Positions 50,678 through 64,000 of a stretch of DNA of 64,000 nucleotides are shown one piece after another. The stretch's first letter is position 1; every line of letters starts with the position of its first letter. A program made the position numbers and the translations under genes. Below the pieces are notes generated by a model that was not told the origin of the DNA, made no database searches, and was given only the letters and a program-made list of their open reading frames with translations. Source of the stretch: Octopus sinensis (lineage: Eukaryota); contig NC_043000.1 of assembly GCF_006345805.1 (NCBI RefSeq), positions 157,542,001-157,606,000 of the forward strand. Direction: 5' to 3'.

Positions 50678-52278
50678 AACAACAAACAAAATGAGGACAC
50701 ATATCCGTCCAATGTAAATAATCACCCGAAAAGTTCGTTGTTCAAGAAACTTAGTGTGAGCAGAAGGTAAAGTGGTTGCTGTTTCCAGCAGGTCGAACCA
50801 GTGCTTAGAGAGGGGCGCCGTTTTTTTGACTCAGCAAAACATTCTTTTATTTTATTGATGACGAATATGTTGATGGTGGTGCTTCGTAAATAAGAGATAA
50901 CTTTTATATCTGGTTTTCCTAATCGAGAAACATTTACGAGGTCTCTCGACCTGCTACAATTAGCATCTGAATCTCTAAAATCATATTTAATATCATGAAC
51001 ACGAGCAAAATATACTGGATAATATAGTTATCCTCTACTTTTGTATGGCATGGAATTCTGCTTTAGAAATACTGAGAAGGACACACGCAGTGCAAATAGA
51101 ATGTTTGTTCAAGCAAGGTCTTAGACCAGTCGTTCTTGGAACACATCACAGACGAACAGCATGGGATAGTTGAGTGTGCGGAGAAGGATAGGCAAAAGAT
51201 GGACAATGTCAAAATCTCAGAGTACATAGGTCAACCTCTTGAAGAGGTCGAGTTCAGATTGGAAGGACAGATAGAAAGATAATTAATGCACAGTATATCA
51301 CCAGAATATCTCGGGAGGTGGGCCAAGGAATCAATCAATCAAGCACTTCTTTAAAAAAAAATGACAGGTTAATTTAATGATGGATGAATCATAATTCTGG
51401 GCAGTAATAGCTGTAAACAACAACAAAGGTAGTAATATCATGAGCAGCAACAACTACAAAAATAACAAATTATTAGATAAAATTGTGTCGATTTGAAATT
51501 CCGGGTAACATTGTTTAAAAAAAAAGTTACAAATTAATCACAACCAGAGGGATGTTTCTGATTATTGTCTTGCATTAATTATGAAAATAGCGCGAAGTAT
51601 TGAGTGCCAGAAATAGAATCGTTAGAATACTTTCCGGTATTTAGTTATAGTTCTTATATTTATAATTAACTCCTTTTGCATTCTATGTTTAGCTGACACA
51701 TATATCTATTTCGCCGTTCATTCTTCGATAACAAGTAATTTTCAATAATTCATTAATGTTGATTCAATGGACTGGCTACCGACTTTGTTCATTGCCTACA
51801 AATGTGCGGCCTTGTGTTAAAGTTAGATACCATTAATTACAAGAATGCAGAAACATAATACTATTTTCATTAATCATCCACAGATACATACACAAATACG
51901 CAGACGAATACATCTGCATATATGTGTATACGTTTATGTACACAGACACAGTCAAGAACTTAATTACACATGCATTAGCAACTGGTTAAGTATAAACTAG
52001 GAAGATATATTAACAAAGAAAATAGACAGTGAATCTCACAAATTCTATAGTATGTGACATTCACGTAATTATTGCAGCTTGCTATCTCTACAGGTATTAG
52101 AGAGATTATATGGAAGAGACGACTAATACGCTAACTTCTAGTCGCTTGTAAAGTGGTGAATAGTTTTATTAGTTCCCCTGATTGTAAAAGTGTGTATATG
52201 TATGAGTGTGTTTGTATATGTGCGTATTTGTGAGTGTATGTGTATATGTGTCCTCGTGTATGTGTGTGCTTACGTACT

Positions 52279-52340
<62 letters not shown>

Positions 52341-52783
52341 TATGTCGTTAGAGGATTTATGTTATTCTGGAAAAAGCTTCCACCGGGAATTTAAAGCATA
52401 TTCGAATCTGCACTCGCCGTGAGATTACCTGTGGTTCAAAGGGGCAGGCTACTTATATTAAATGATTTCCTACAATACTTCAGCTCCGCTACGCAACAAG
52501 ATTCAATAGATCTTCAGTCGTTTTCGACGATGACTATTCCAGTTGCAAGATCAATTGAACTAACTACTCATTATACTCATTTGTACACCCACGTATACAG
52601 TTGAGTATTCCGTAGTTACGTATGCCTTTTAGATAATTCTCTGGCGGAATCAGTGAAGATACTGCTTTGACTTAATGTACCAGTAATTATAAGCAGGACT
52701 TATCATTATATTTACAGTCCACCCAGCGGGTATCCACAAACTATCTTTCTACATAATTTCATTAGCTAAACTTGCACTGATCA

Positions 52784-52855
<72 letters not shown>

Positions 52856-53407
52856 GAGTGAGAGAGCAGTGCATGCCATCAAAGTGACACTGGGGTAAAA
52901 TATACGAAGCCCAATATACCCATCATGACTACCCGTCTGATAAAGGTACACCAGGCACATGCATCACAACCATATGTGCGCGACATGGTGATCTCTTATC
53001 AAGATAAACAGCACATGACCTTGCAGGTGGGGCCAGTTAGAATTTTCTTCAGGTTGAGTAGCCCATCCCGCTCAAAAGGTCCCTGAATAAGGGTTGTTTA
53101 AGGATGTTGAAAGAACCACCCATGTTTCCAGAGGTGAATTATTCAAACCCAAAGAATCCCTCTCAACAATGGCTATGATGCTCCCCACTCCTTCTGCTCG
53201 TGATCAGAGATGCACATATCGTCAGCCACTAAGGGACATGCTCACTGGTTAAGGTCAAACAACTGACAAGCAAATCTGTGGTATTGAGCAGAATATTTGC
53301 TGTAGCCCATCTTTTATACCAAGACAAAACAATGTACATGATAACACTTCCAATCAGTTAAGATCAGAAGCCATGAGAGCCACTGCCTGGTACTGCATCA
53401 GGGCATT
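52856..53407 (-). mobile_element. ~555-bp non-coding interspersed element embedded in (ATT)n
   Basis: Highly similar reverse complement of 63091-63647; long (ATT)n on both sides. Confidence 0.9.
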
Positions 53408-53431
53408 TATTATTATTATTATTATTATTAT

Positions 53432-53485
<54 letters not shown>

Positions 53486-53559
53486 TATTATTATATTATT
53501 ATTATTATTATTATATTATTATATTATATTATTATATTATTATATTATCATTATTATTA

Positions 53560-53617
<58 letters not shown>

Positions 53618-53802
53618 AAATTCCATTGACTCCAGGCCCACTGTCTGCAAGTCCACCGGAATCTCCATCCGAACCGCCAAGTTTCGGGGACACAAACACA
53701 CCAACATCGGTTTCAAAGCGACGATGGAGGGGGGGAATCACAGACACACAAATACACACACACACACACACACAACACACACACATAAATATATATACAT
53801 AC

Positions 53803-53857
<55 letters not shown>

Positions 53858-54375
53858 ATACACAGACAGTGCGAAGGAGAGTGAGAAATCAGATATATAG
53901 AGAAATAGGTGTGTGTCTATCTATCTATATATATATAGATATGGTTGCGTTTACATGGTTGATGTTGTTAATGAGAAATTGTGCAACTGTTAAAATAGGA
54001 AAAGTTAATATACTAACTAGATTAGTAAATTACTGGCGCGTTAAGAGAACTTTTCTACAGATCTATTGTGTTCTACTGAAAGCATCTATTGATTCTAACA
54101 AACATGGTATGTCATAGAGCGTTGTAAACACCTTGTGTTCCGATAAAATATATAGTTTTCTGTTTGTGTTTATTTTACCGCTACAATTTACTGTTTTATT
54201 AGTCAACCTGTTGTGTGATATAGTTTGCTTTTTAACAAGAAGCTGAATGTAGTGTAGCTGAATCTCTGCATGCTTAGATTCTTAGTTCGTAGATACAATC
54301 TTGTTAACATTCTCTGACAATTCATGAGTTCACAAAAGTTACTGACATTTCTAGAGTAAAATACATTATATAGAA

Positions 54376-54700
54376 ATCACTAAAATTTAATTCATTGAGG
54401 TTATTCTAAAAGTTACTAAATTGCGAGTCATTGATGTTATTAAATTGAAATTCGCTAAGGCTATTAGAATGGGATTCACCAAGGTTACTAAATTACAATT
54501 CTCTAAGGACACTATATCACAATTTACTGATGATATTACACACATAAAGTCACTGAAGCTGCTCAACTACAATGAAACGAAATGACTTAATTACAATTCA
54601 CTGAATATACTAAATTTTAATTTATAGTGGCTGCTTAATTGAAATTTACTGGTATCACTTAATTACAATTTTCTGGAGTTGTAAATTATAATTCAGCTCG
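54376..54700. repeat. Diverged 24-bp minisatellite
   Basis: About 13 units, approximate consensus GTTACTAAATTACAATTCACTGAA. Confidence 0.8.
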
Positions 54701-54749
54701 TATGATATATTTTAATTCCCTTGTGTCACTTTATCTATCTATCTATCTA

Positions 54750-54783
<34 letters not shown>

Positions 54784-54921
54784 GTTTGTCTGCCTTTATG
54801 CATGTGCACACTGTAAAAAAATTCGACAACGCCGCCTAACTGCTTTAGTCATGTCTGCAAACATGTGTGTATGTGTGTGTGTGTGTGTGTGTGTGTATGA
54901 ATACATACATACGTGTGTGTG

Positions 54922-54982
<61 letters not shown>

Positions 54983-54991
54983 AGTGTACAT

Positions 54992-55042
<51 letters not shown>

Positions 55043-56949
55043 TATACATATGTATATATAAGAATCACCATGATGAGTAGAGTGACACTACAACTAATGC
55101 CACTATAAGTAAAGCATCAGCACTTATATACAACGTACATGTTTATACTAAAGTAGGTCTTTAATGCCATGCTAGACTGTATGTTTATACTTCCAACATT
55201 CTTTGGGACAGCTACCCAACAAATAAAGCTGCTTTTAACATTACATTTACGTCAAAATCCTGCTATACGTATGGGACATTCTTGAGAGTGGTAACACTGA
55301 ATATTCTGTTTAGACATCATTGATTTCATGTAATTCGAGCAGATTCGTTATCTGATTATCTTTTACTGGATGTGAGGAGGAGTTAATCCGAAAGAGGATT
55401 AATATGAAGCTGTCCTTGGTGATGCATAATTGATTTGTTTTTGGTTTCTAAATGTTAAGAGTCTATATATTTCTCTTTCTCTGTAACTCTACTTTTCTAT
55501 GTTACTATCATACAAAAATTATCATTAAAACATGTCGTATCTTTCTGCACAACCTCCGACTGCAAACAGAGCCGTTTCTCAGGTCGTTTTGAAGCTCATC
55601 CTAATTCAAATGACTTTTATTTTATTAGCTCCAGTAACGTATAGAGTAACATAACTGATAAAGCTACGAAAACACCTTGCAGTAACACCTTCAAGCTCGC
55701 CTTAATAAAGAGATGGAGGTCATATTAATTAACGTATTTCTAGATATATGCTCTTTCAAATTTAAAGGCTCATGAAACCGGGGGCCATCGGGATTTTCAA
55801 GAAGCTATGCCTGAGAAAATTGAAAATACAAAGTTCACTCTTGAGCTGGGGTATTTTTTAAATACTGGAATAATGTGAAATGCAGGATATCGCTCAAGGA
55901 TACAAATTTCCAGCTAGTCTGGGAATCGAAAATGCGGTCTCAACAATCACGTGTCAAGAAGGCTACCCACATAGTCACGAGTGTTCATAGTCCTTCATAT
56001 AGTATATTTCAAATATAAAATACGGTATAGTCATGTCTGGAAAATCTTTGATCATAAACGTCTTTAAAGATGATTTAACCGGAAATAAATAAAGAAACGC
56101 CGTCGTCGTCGTCATCATCAGCATCATTATTATCATTATAATTATCCTCATCATTGTCATCACCATAATCATCGTCGTCGTCTATGTCGCCGTTGGTGTC
56201 GTCCTCGTCATTGGTGTCGGCGTCGTCATCATCATTATCATCAACAACACCATCATTAGCAGCAGCAGCAGGAGCAGCCACAACAACAACAACAACAACA
56301 CCAAATATACAGGGCCAGCCTCCCACAAATTCTGCTGTAAATACTACTTCCAATCCTTCACTTCCCATAAGAATAAAACTTTGGAGCTCCCTCAGTGTTC
56401 GTATTTCCTCTGTAGGCACCAAGCCGTACGATACGCTGAATATTAATACGAAGCACGCTGACCCCACTTAGGTTCAGAGAAATAACGAAGGCTGTGGGTA
56501 CTGTTCTCACGTTTTCTAGGATATTCAATAATAGAAAACGTTTTCTTATCTCCTGAGATATAGATGAAGTTTTCATAGCTTGTCAAAGAAAAGCCATTAT
56601 CAATACTGTTCTAGTTCAATATAGTAAAAAAGTAAGGAAAATAGAATGTATAAACCAGAATATCAATAATAATCATTCAATTACTGTTTGTTATTTGGTA
56701 ATAGAAACCTTCATAAACAAAATGAATGGGTTGTCTTTGGCGCTTTTTATGGGATATTATTCAATATAAAGATATGCAATCATGCTCACATTCATACACG
56801 CGTTCCTAGGCGCACACGCGCATACACACACATACATAATAAGGATATATATGTATATGAAATTAGGATATAAATAAATGTATATACGCGCACACACATA
56901 TATACAACTGTACAAAATATGTACAGATTTGTAAACATACATAATATAT

Positions 56950-57003
<54 letters not shown>

Positions 57004-57989
57004 CGTATATACATGTATAAAATTATATATCTATGTATATATAAAATGTGTATGTAATATATATATATGTATATGTGTGTGTGTGTGTAAACGTATATAT
57101 ATATATATATATGCATACATATATTCAAAAATATGTGTCGATCCATGCGCCCATATATGTATGCATGCATCCATATATATTTCTGTTTGTACACAGAAGC
57201 TCTTACACACTCACACTCACACCCGCATAGTCAAAGTACATAAACATACGTATGAATAACATAATAGTTCTAGCGTTATGTATAATTGACGTGGACAAAT
57301 ATATAGCTAAAACATAGGAAAAAAATATATATTGAGACAACCCCTCACACACTTGAACATGAAGTAGAACAAACACCAGAACAAAGAAAAGAGTAACATA
57401 TTACAAATGAACTGTATTCCTGTAATATATACATTCGTTTCCATAGTGACCTATACAGAAATGAAATCGTATTCCTTTAAAAACACGCATACGCACACGC
57501 ACACACGCGCACATAAGCGTACACACACAGATATTTCTACGTGCGTGCACGTACACAGAAACGCACACACATGCACAAACACTCACGCAAACATACACGA
57601 ACATAAAAATACACAGACACACACAAACACACATTAGCACACACGAACACACAGAAACATATGTACACATATTTATTCACATATATACACATACATACAC
57701 ACATATATATGTGTATGTATATGTATATGTATATGTATATATATATGTGTGTGTATATGTATATGTATATATATGTGTGTGTATATTTATATGTATGTAT
57801 ATATATGTGTGTGTATATGTATGTATATATATATATATTTATATATATATATGTATATGTATATATATATACATATATATATATATCTATATTTAAATAT
57901 ATATATGTATATACTGATGTGTGCGTATAGATATATATATGTAGTTTTTCGTGTATATAGATTGATATATATGTATGTATATATATATG

Positions 57990-58059
<70 letters not shown>

Positions 58060-58707
58060 TGTATGTGTGTTTGTGCTTGTATTTGTGTGCGTACTTATTT
58101 AGTTTAGCTTTTTCAATCTCAAGCCTCCTTGTGGAATTCAGCTACATCGTGCTGGATTTTTTGTACTACCTCCACTCTTTCTTTTAAAGAACTACAGCAC
58201 ATATATAACGTTGTAAATACATTATGTTTGATCAACAAGAATGATGTGTTTTCTTCCATCCGAATTTATTTCATTTATCTTTTGAAATATTTCTCTGTCA
58301 CGTCTTCCATCTGTTTTGCATATCTGCCCACGCATACACTCACTCACACACACACACACACGTGTGTGTGTGTGAAATACACACATAGAAATACACACAC
58401 AAACATACACACATACACACGCACATATATGTATGTATATATACACGCATATAATCTCACCGACAAAATCCCTCTTCCCACTCTTTCTTATACGCTTATC
58501 CACATATACACATACAGCTTATATACCTGCATATATATATACATAATACGTACATAATACATATATATACTCATATATACATATATATATATGCATACAT
58601 ATATATACATATATATATATACATATATACATATATATTCGTACATATATACATGTATATGAATATATTCATATGTCTATATATATACATATGAATATTT
58701 ATATATA

Positions 58708-58746
<39 letters not shown>

Positions 58747-58763
58747 CATATATATTTGTATAC

Positions 58764-58822
<59 letters not shown>

Positions 58823-59265
58823 TTCATGTCCATATATATACAGACACACACACACACATATATATCAGCCTCTCGATCATTTATATTACTATCCCATTTC
58901 TTTCTCTAATTAACATATCTTTGTCTTTGTTTTTATATATACATGTACACGTTCTTACGAACGTATGTGTGTATATGTGAATGCATTATATATGTATGTA
59001 TATATGTATGCGTGCATGCATGTATGTATATACACATACATACACGTATGTATGCTTGTATGTAACATTTAGCGTTTTAGTTGATCACATTGACTCCAGG
59101 CCCTTGTTTGAAAGTCTGTGAAGCAAATTTGTACAGCCGTAGAACATTGCAATATTAGACGAAACAAAATATCGCAAAATATTTCCATTTAATGCCAATG
59201 TTTTAAGTTCTCTGTTTACCTTTCTCCTTTTCTCACTCTGATCAGACTTTAAACCATCTTGTAGC

Positions 59266-59356
<91 letters not shown>

Positions 59357-59378
59357 TGTATGTATGTATGTATGCATG

Positions 59379-59416
<38 letters not shown>

Positions 59417-60089
59417 AATATATATATATATATAATATATATTAGTGAGGGAAGAAATGGAGCTGAACGAAGATTCTACAAAATTCCTTTTTATTATTTT
59501 CTACACATGTTTCCTAACATACTGCCACACATACACAGGCGCACACACACATACATGTAGGTAGTTTCCCACACCCAAATAAGATAGCTTTCATACTTAT
59601 GACAATTCGAACATTAACACTAGTTATACAGAATATATTCACACTCTTTGGTTTTCTGTAATTCTTCCCCTACCAAATTTAACCGTAATTTGACCTCGAT
59701 TTATTCCAACGGATTTTTTCGTCGGCCTTCACCCACCCTGACGTCAACGCATATTGAGAGACAGTTTTCTGCCATTAATACCATGGGCTCCTAGGGAGCG
59801 TTTTGTTCGAAAAGCTTGCTGCGCATTTGTTTGGAGATTTAAATTCCTGGATTTTCCTGAAGAGAAGGCTGCAAAATGGTTTCCTTATTCAATCCCTTCA
59901 CTAAATATATAAAACTTCAATTATCCGCGCTAAGGCACGGTGGCGACACCCCATGGTCGTAACCTCAACCGTGTTTTTTCTGTTGTGATTTTTGCTACCC
60001 AGGTATCGGTTAAATTTTGAATATCCGTAACAAGATAATTCATTTATCCATTTCAATATATATATATATATTATATATATATATATATA

Positions 60090-60142
<53 letters not shown>

Positions 60143-60356
60143 GCACTTTTGTACCATTCTTCTTCTGTCATGTTTAACGGTGTACTTCTATCATTATGTA
60201 TTTTTATATCTCTGGCTGGCCTGCCTGCCTCTCTGCCTATCAGTCTGCATTGCTGTCTGGTTTTCGTCTGTCTGTTTCTCTGTCTATCTAGATATTTTCC
60301 GCATGTCCTTTCTGTCTCTCTGTACGCACATACACACACACACGCATATATATATA

Positions 60357-60716
60357 TGTTGCTGTGTGGTAAGTGCTGCTAACCAACCACATGTTCCGGG
60401 TTCAGTACTATGGCATCTTGGGCAAGTATCTTCTGTATAGCCCGGACCGACCAAAGCCTTGTGAGTGGATTTGTACGGAAACTAAAAGAAGCCTGTCGTA
60501 TATATATGTATTATTATATGTTTGTGTGTCTGTGTTTGTCCCCCTCTAGCATTGCTGACAACCGATGCTGGTGTGTTTACGTCCCCGTCACTTAGCGGTC
60601 GGCAAAAGAAACCGATAGAATAAGACTGGGCTACAAAGAATAAGTCCCGGGGTCGATTTGATTCGACTAAAGGCGGTGCTCCAGCATGGCCGCAGTCAAA
60701 TGACTGAAACAAGTAA
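60357..60716 (+). mobile_element. SINE family 1
   Basis: Sense-strand copy ending ATGACTGAAACAAGT plus an A-run. Confidence 0.9.
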
Positions 60717-60747
<31 letters not shown>

Positions 60748-60820
60748 ATATATATATATATATATACATACATACACATACGCACACATGTGTGTGTATG
60801 TATACATATCCGTGTTTTCT

Positions 60821-61182
60821 TTTACTTGTTTTAGTCCTTTTACTGTGGCCATGCTGGAGCACCGCCTTTAGTCGAACATATCCACCTCAGGTTTTACTTC
60901 GTAAACCTAGCTCTTATCATATTAATATCATTAGCCGAACCGCTAAGTTACGGGGACGTAAACACACCAACATTGGTTGTCAAGCGATTGTTGAGAGACA
61001 AACATAGACACACAAACATGCACACACAGATATACATGTATATATACGACGGGCTTCTTTCAGTTTCCGTCTAACAAATATACTCACAAGACTATGGTCG
61101 ACCCGAGGGTATACGAGATGATACTTGCCGAACCCGGAACCATGCTGTTGAAAAGCAAGTTTCTTATCACACAGCCACGCCT
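60821..61182 (-). mobile_element. SINE family 1, diverged, inverted relative to the previous copy
   Basis: Homologous body and head on the minus strand. Confidence 0.85.
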
Positions 61183-61721
61183 GTATGTATATGTACATAT
61201 ATATTTATCAGTTTGTTGACTTATGTCCCTCTGTCTCTCTCTCACCCTCAGTCCCTTTGTCTCTATATCTTTCCTTTCATTACTACTTCTTTTCAGTGGA
61301 TGGATTTTTCTGTCGTTTTGTTCTTCTTTTCCTTTTCATTCTCTACCTCCTTTGTTTCTTTATCTTTTTTTTTGAATTCTGTTTCCCTATATAATCTACT
61401 TATGATGTGACATTTTCTTTCTCTATTTAGATTACATGATATGAACCTACGAAGCAACAGCAGGAATATTTGCAACCACTATTGCCAACAACAACAATAG
61501 CAATAACAGCAGCAACAACAACAACAGCAACAACGATCACATGAAATCAACAGCAATAATTTCCGCCTCTAGAATTGGCATCAAGTCTCTAGCAATACCA
61601 ACTAACTATTTATACCCAATCAGGGCTGACATTTTCCTGGAATTAGGGCCCAGTTTAGGAACTAAATATTTCATTGACAATCTATCAATTCTGATTTCCA
61701 TTATCTTCACAATAATAATAA

Positions 61722-61879
61722 TAGGTAGAACACCTACAAAAATCAGCATTGCTTGGAACTGCAAAAATTATTCACACCGTTCTTGAAGCATGACCAGTAT
61801 ATAAGTGTCAACTTAGTGTGCCGGCTGTGGACAACCGACGCTTTCTGTCATACCCAGCAAAGCTGAGAGTTTTTCATCA

Positions 61880-61880
<1 letters not shown>
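61722..61880 (+). mobile_element. Extreme 3' end of an R4/Dong-like LINE with an (AAT)n tail
   Basis: VEHLQKSALLGTAKIIHTVLEA* (LQK..LLGTA motif), ~90-bp UTR, then (AAT)n; also preceded by AAT repeats. Confidence 0.75.
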
Positions 61881-61966
<86 letters not shown>

Positions 61967-61969
<3 letters not shown>

Positions 61970-62490
61970 CAATTGGAATTAATAATGAAGATTGCCACAA
62001 TTGGCCTAAACACCTATCGGAAAAACTCTGATGACTGGATGTTAAAGCTTATCTTAAAAGCAGAAAACAAGAAAACATCTTACTCAGTAACAAAAGAGAC
62101 AAAGAAATATCTAAGTGAATTCCAAATACTACAAATCCCAGAATTAGATGTATTGGAAACAAGCACAGAAATAGCTAAGCATATGAAAACCCGTGCTAAA
62201 ACTACTGCCTTAGATATTCTTACTGATAAATCGCAAGAAAAACGTCTCAATGGCAAATATCCAAAGAGAGCTAATAATGCTAATGTTGACAAAGCATTTA
62301 CCCATCACTGGTTAGTGTAATTTGGCTTAAAATCAGAGATAGACGGGTTTATCAAGAAGTTCAAGATCAATGTTTACCAATAAGGAACTACCAGGTCAAC
62401 ATACTAAAGAACGGCAGTAGCACAACATGTCGTGTATGTAAAGAACAAAATGAAACCATCACTTATGTTGTCTTCACGTGCACTCTTCTG
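61967..62490 (+). pseudogene. R4/Dong-like LINE fragment (post-RT region and CCHC-type zinc knuckle)
   Basis: KRLNGKY..D..FTHHWL..GLKSE.DGFI..QDQCLPIRNY...ILK....CRVCKEQNETI..V...C. Confidence 0.85.
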
Positions 62491-62522
62491 GAACTTTACC
62501 GATCAAACTGACAGAAAGAAAG

Positions 62523-63007
62523 ATCATGTACATGTTTCGTCTCGGTATAAAAGATGGGCTACAACAAATATTCTGTTTAATACCACTGATTTGCTTGTCA
62601 GCTGATTGACTTTAACCGGTTGAGCATGTCCCTTAGTGGGTGACGATATGTAAATCTCTGGTCACAAGCAGAAGTAGAAGGGGAGAATCATGTGTTGAGA
62701 GGAATTCTTTGGGGTTTGATTAATTCACCGCTAGAAACATGGGTGTTTCACTTAACATTCTGAAACCTTATTCAGAGACGTTTTGGGAGGGATGAGCTAC
62801 TTGATCTGAAGAAAATTCTAGCTAGGCATTTCACCACCCCATCTGCAAGGTCATGCGCTATTTATTTTGATACAAGATCACCATGTCGTACACATACTGT
62901 TGTGGTGCACGTGCCTGATGTACCCTTATCAGACGTGTAGTCATGATGGGTATATTAAGATATATTCTACCCCAGTGTCACTGTGATTGCATTACTGCTC
63001 TCTGATT
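62523..63007 (+). mobile_element. Truncated, diverged copy of the ~555-bp element
   Basis: Homologous to 63160-63647; followed by (ACT)n(AAT)n. Confidence 0.88.
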
Positions 63008-63085
<78 letters not shown>

Positions 63086-63090
63086 TAATA

Positions 63091-63647
63091 AATGCCCTGA
63101 TGCAGTACCAGGCAGTGGCTCTCATGGCTTCTGATCTTTACTGATTGGAAGTGTTATCATGTACATTGTTTTGTCTTGGTATAAAAGATGGGCTACAGCA
63201 AATATTCTGCTCAATACCACAGATTTGCTTGTCAGTTGCTTGACCTTAACCAGTTGAGCATGTCCCTTAGTGGCTGACGATATGTGCATCTCTGATCACG
63301 AGCAGAAGTAGTGGGGGAGCATCATAGCCATGTGTTGAGAGGGATTCTTTGGGGTTTGAATCGTTCATCTCTGGAAACATGGGTGGTTCTTTCAACATCC
63401 TTAAACAACCCTTATTCAGGGACCGTTTGAGTGGGATGGGCTACTCAACCTGAAGAAAATTCTAACTGGGCTCCACCTGCAAGGTCATGTGCTGTTTATC
63501 TTGATATGAGATCACCATGTCGCGCACATATGGTTGTGATGCATGTGCCTGGTGTACCTTTATCAGACGGGTAGTCATGATGGGTATATTGGGTTTCGTA
63601 TATTTTACCCCAGTGTCACTTTGATGGCATGAACTGCTCTCTCACTC
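63091..63647 (+). mobile_element. Full-length ~555-bp element between (AAT)n tracts
   Basis: AATGCCCTGATGCAG ... CTGCTCTCTCACTC; same termini as 52856-53407. Confidence 0.9.
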
Positions 63648-63677
63648 AATGATAACAATAGTAATAATAATAATAGC

Positions 63678-63880
63678 GAGTGCTTAATTGTAGCAGTCTA
63701 AGATCAAGCGATAAAAACAAACAACTTGAGAAAAAATATATGGAAAGAATTTGTCAGAAAAATGTAAGCCTGTGGAAGTGGCTTGCCCCAAGTTGGTACA
63801 TGAAGAATATAAGAAATGGAGGCACGACCAAATTGTAAAAGTTATACACTAGAAAGTTTGCGGGAAATGGAGATTTTAAA
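63678..63880 (+). pseudogene. Second R4/Dong-like fragment
   Basis: ECLIVAV*DQAIKTN... and LPKLVHEEYKKWRHDQIVKVIH* match the EG.I.AAQDQ and EYK.RHD.V motifs. Confidence 0.75.
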
Positions 63881-64000
63881 CTGTAAAGTAAGAGAAAGAA
63901 AAAATATACTGTCCCTTAAAGTTTGAAATTGGAAGAATTTGAAGCATGCGAACAATATAATAATTTGTTTGTGTGTGTTGGTGCGTTGAGAATAGTAAGC

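Overview
Eukaryotic, AT-rich, microsatellite-dense genomic DNA, most likely from an octopus or other coleoid cephalopod. That assignment is inferred from my recognition of the SINE families and repeat landscape, not from a search. I find no intact host protein-coding gene: nearly every ORF in the supplied track is a translated (TA)n, (CA)n, (TACA)n or (ATC)n repeat. Recognisable content is transposon debris: tRNA-headed SINEs of at least 3 families; Penelope-like element (PLE) RT and GIY-YIG remnants; R4/Dong-, Hero- and other REL-type LINE fragments; Tc1/mariner, MULE and piggyBac derivatives; and a non-autonomous Helitron. The main signal the ORF track misses is RNA-level: about 20 type-I hammerhead ribozyme (HHR) motifs, intact to decayed, from roughly 8 unrelated families, most with a palindromic stem III. 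They include (i) a highly structured 485-nt unit present as a 1.2-mer with one canonical long-stem-II HHR, resembling a retrozyme or circular-RNA retrocopy, and (ii) three unrelated families of small palindromic elements with back-to-back HHRs on both strands and one shared architecture. All structures were folded by eye; no activity has been shown.
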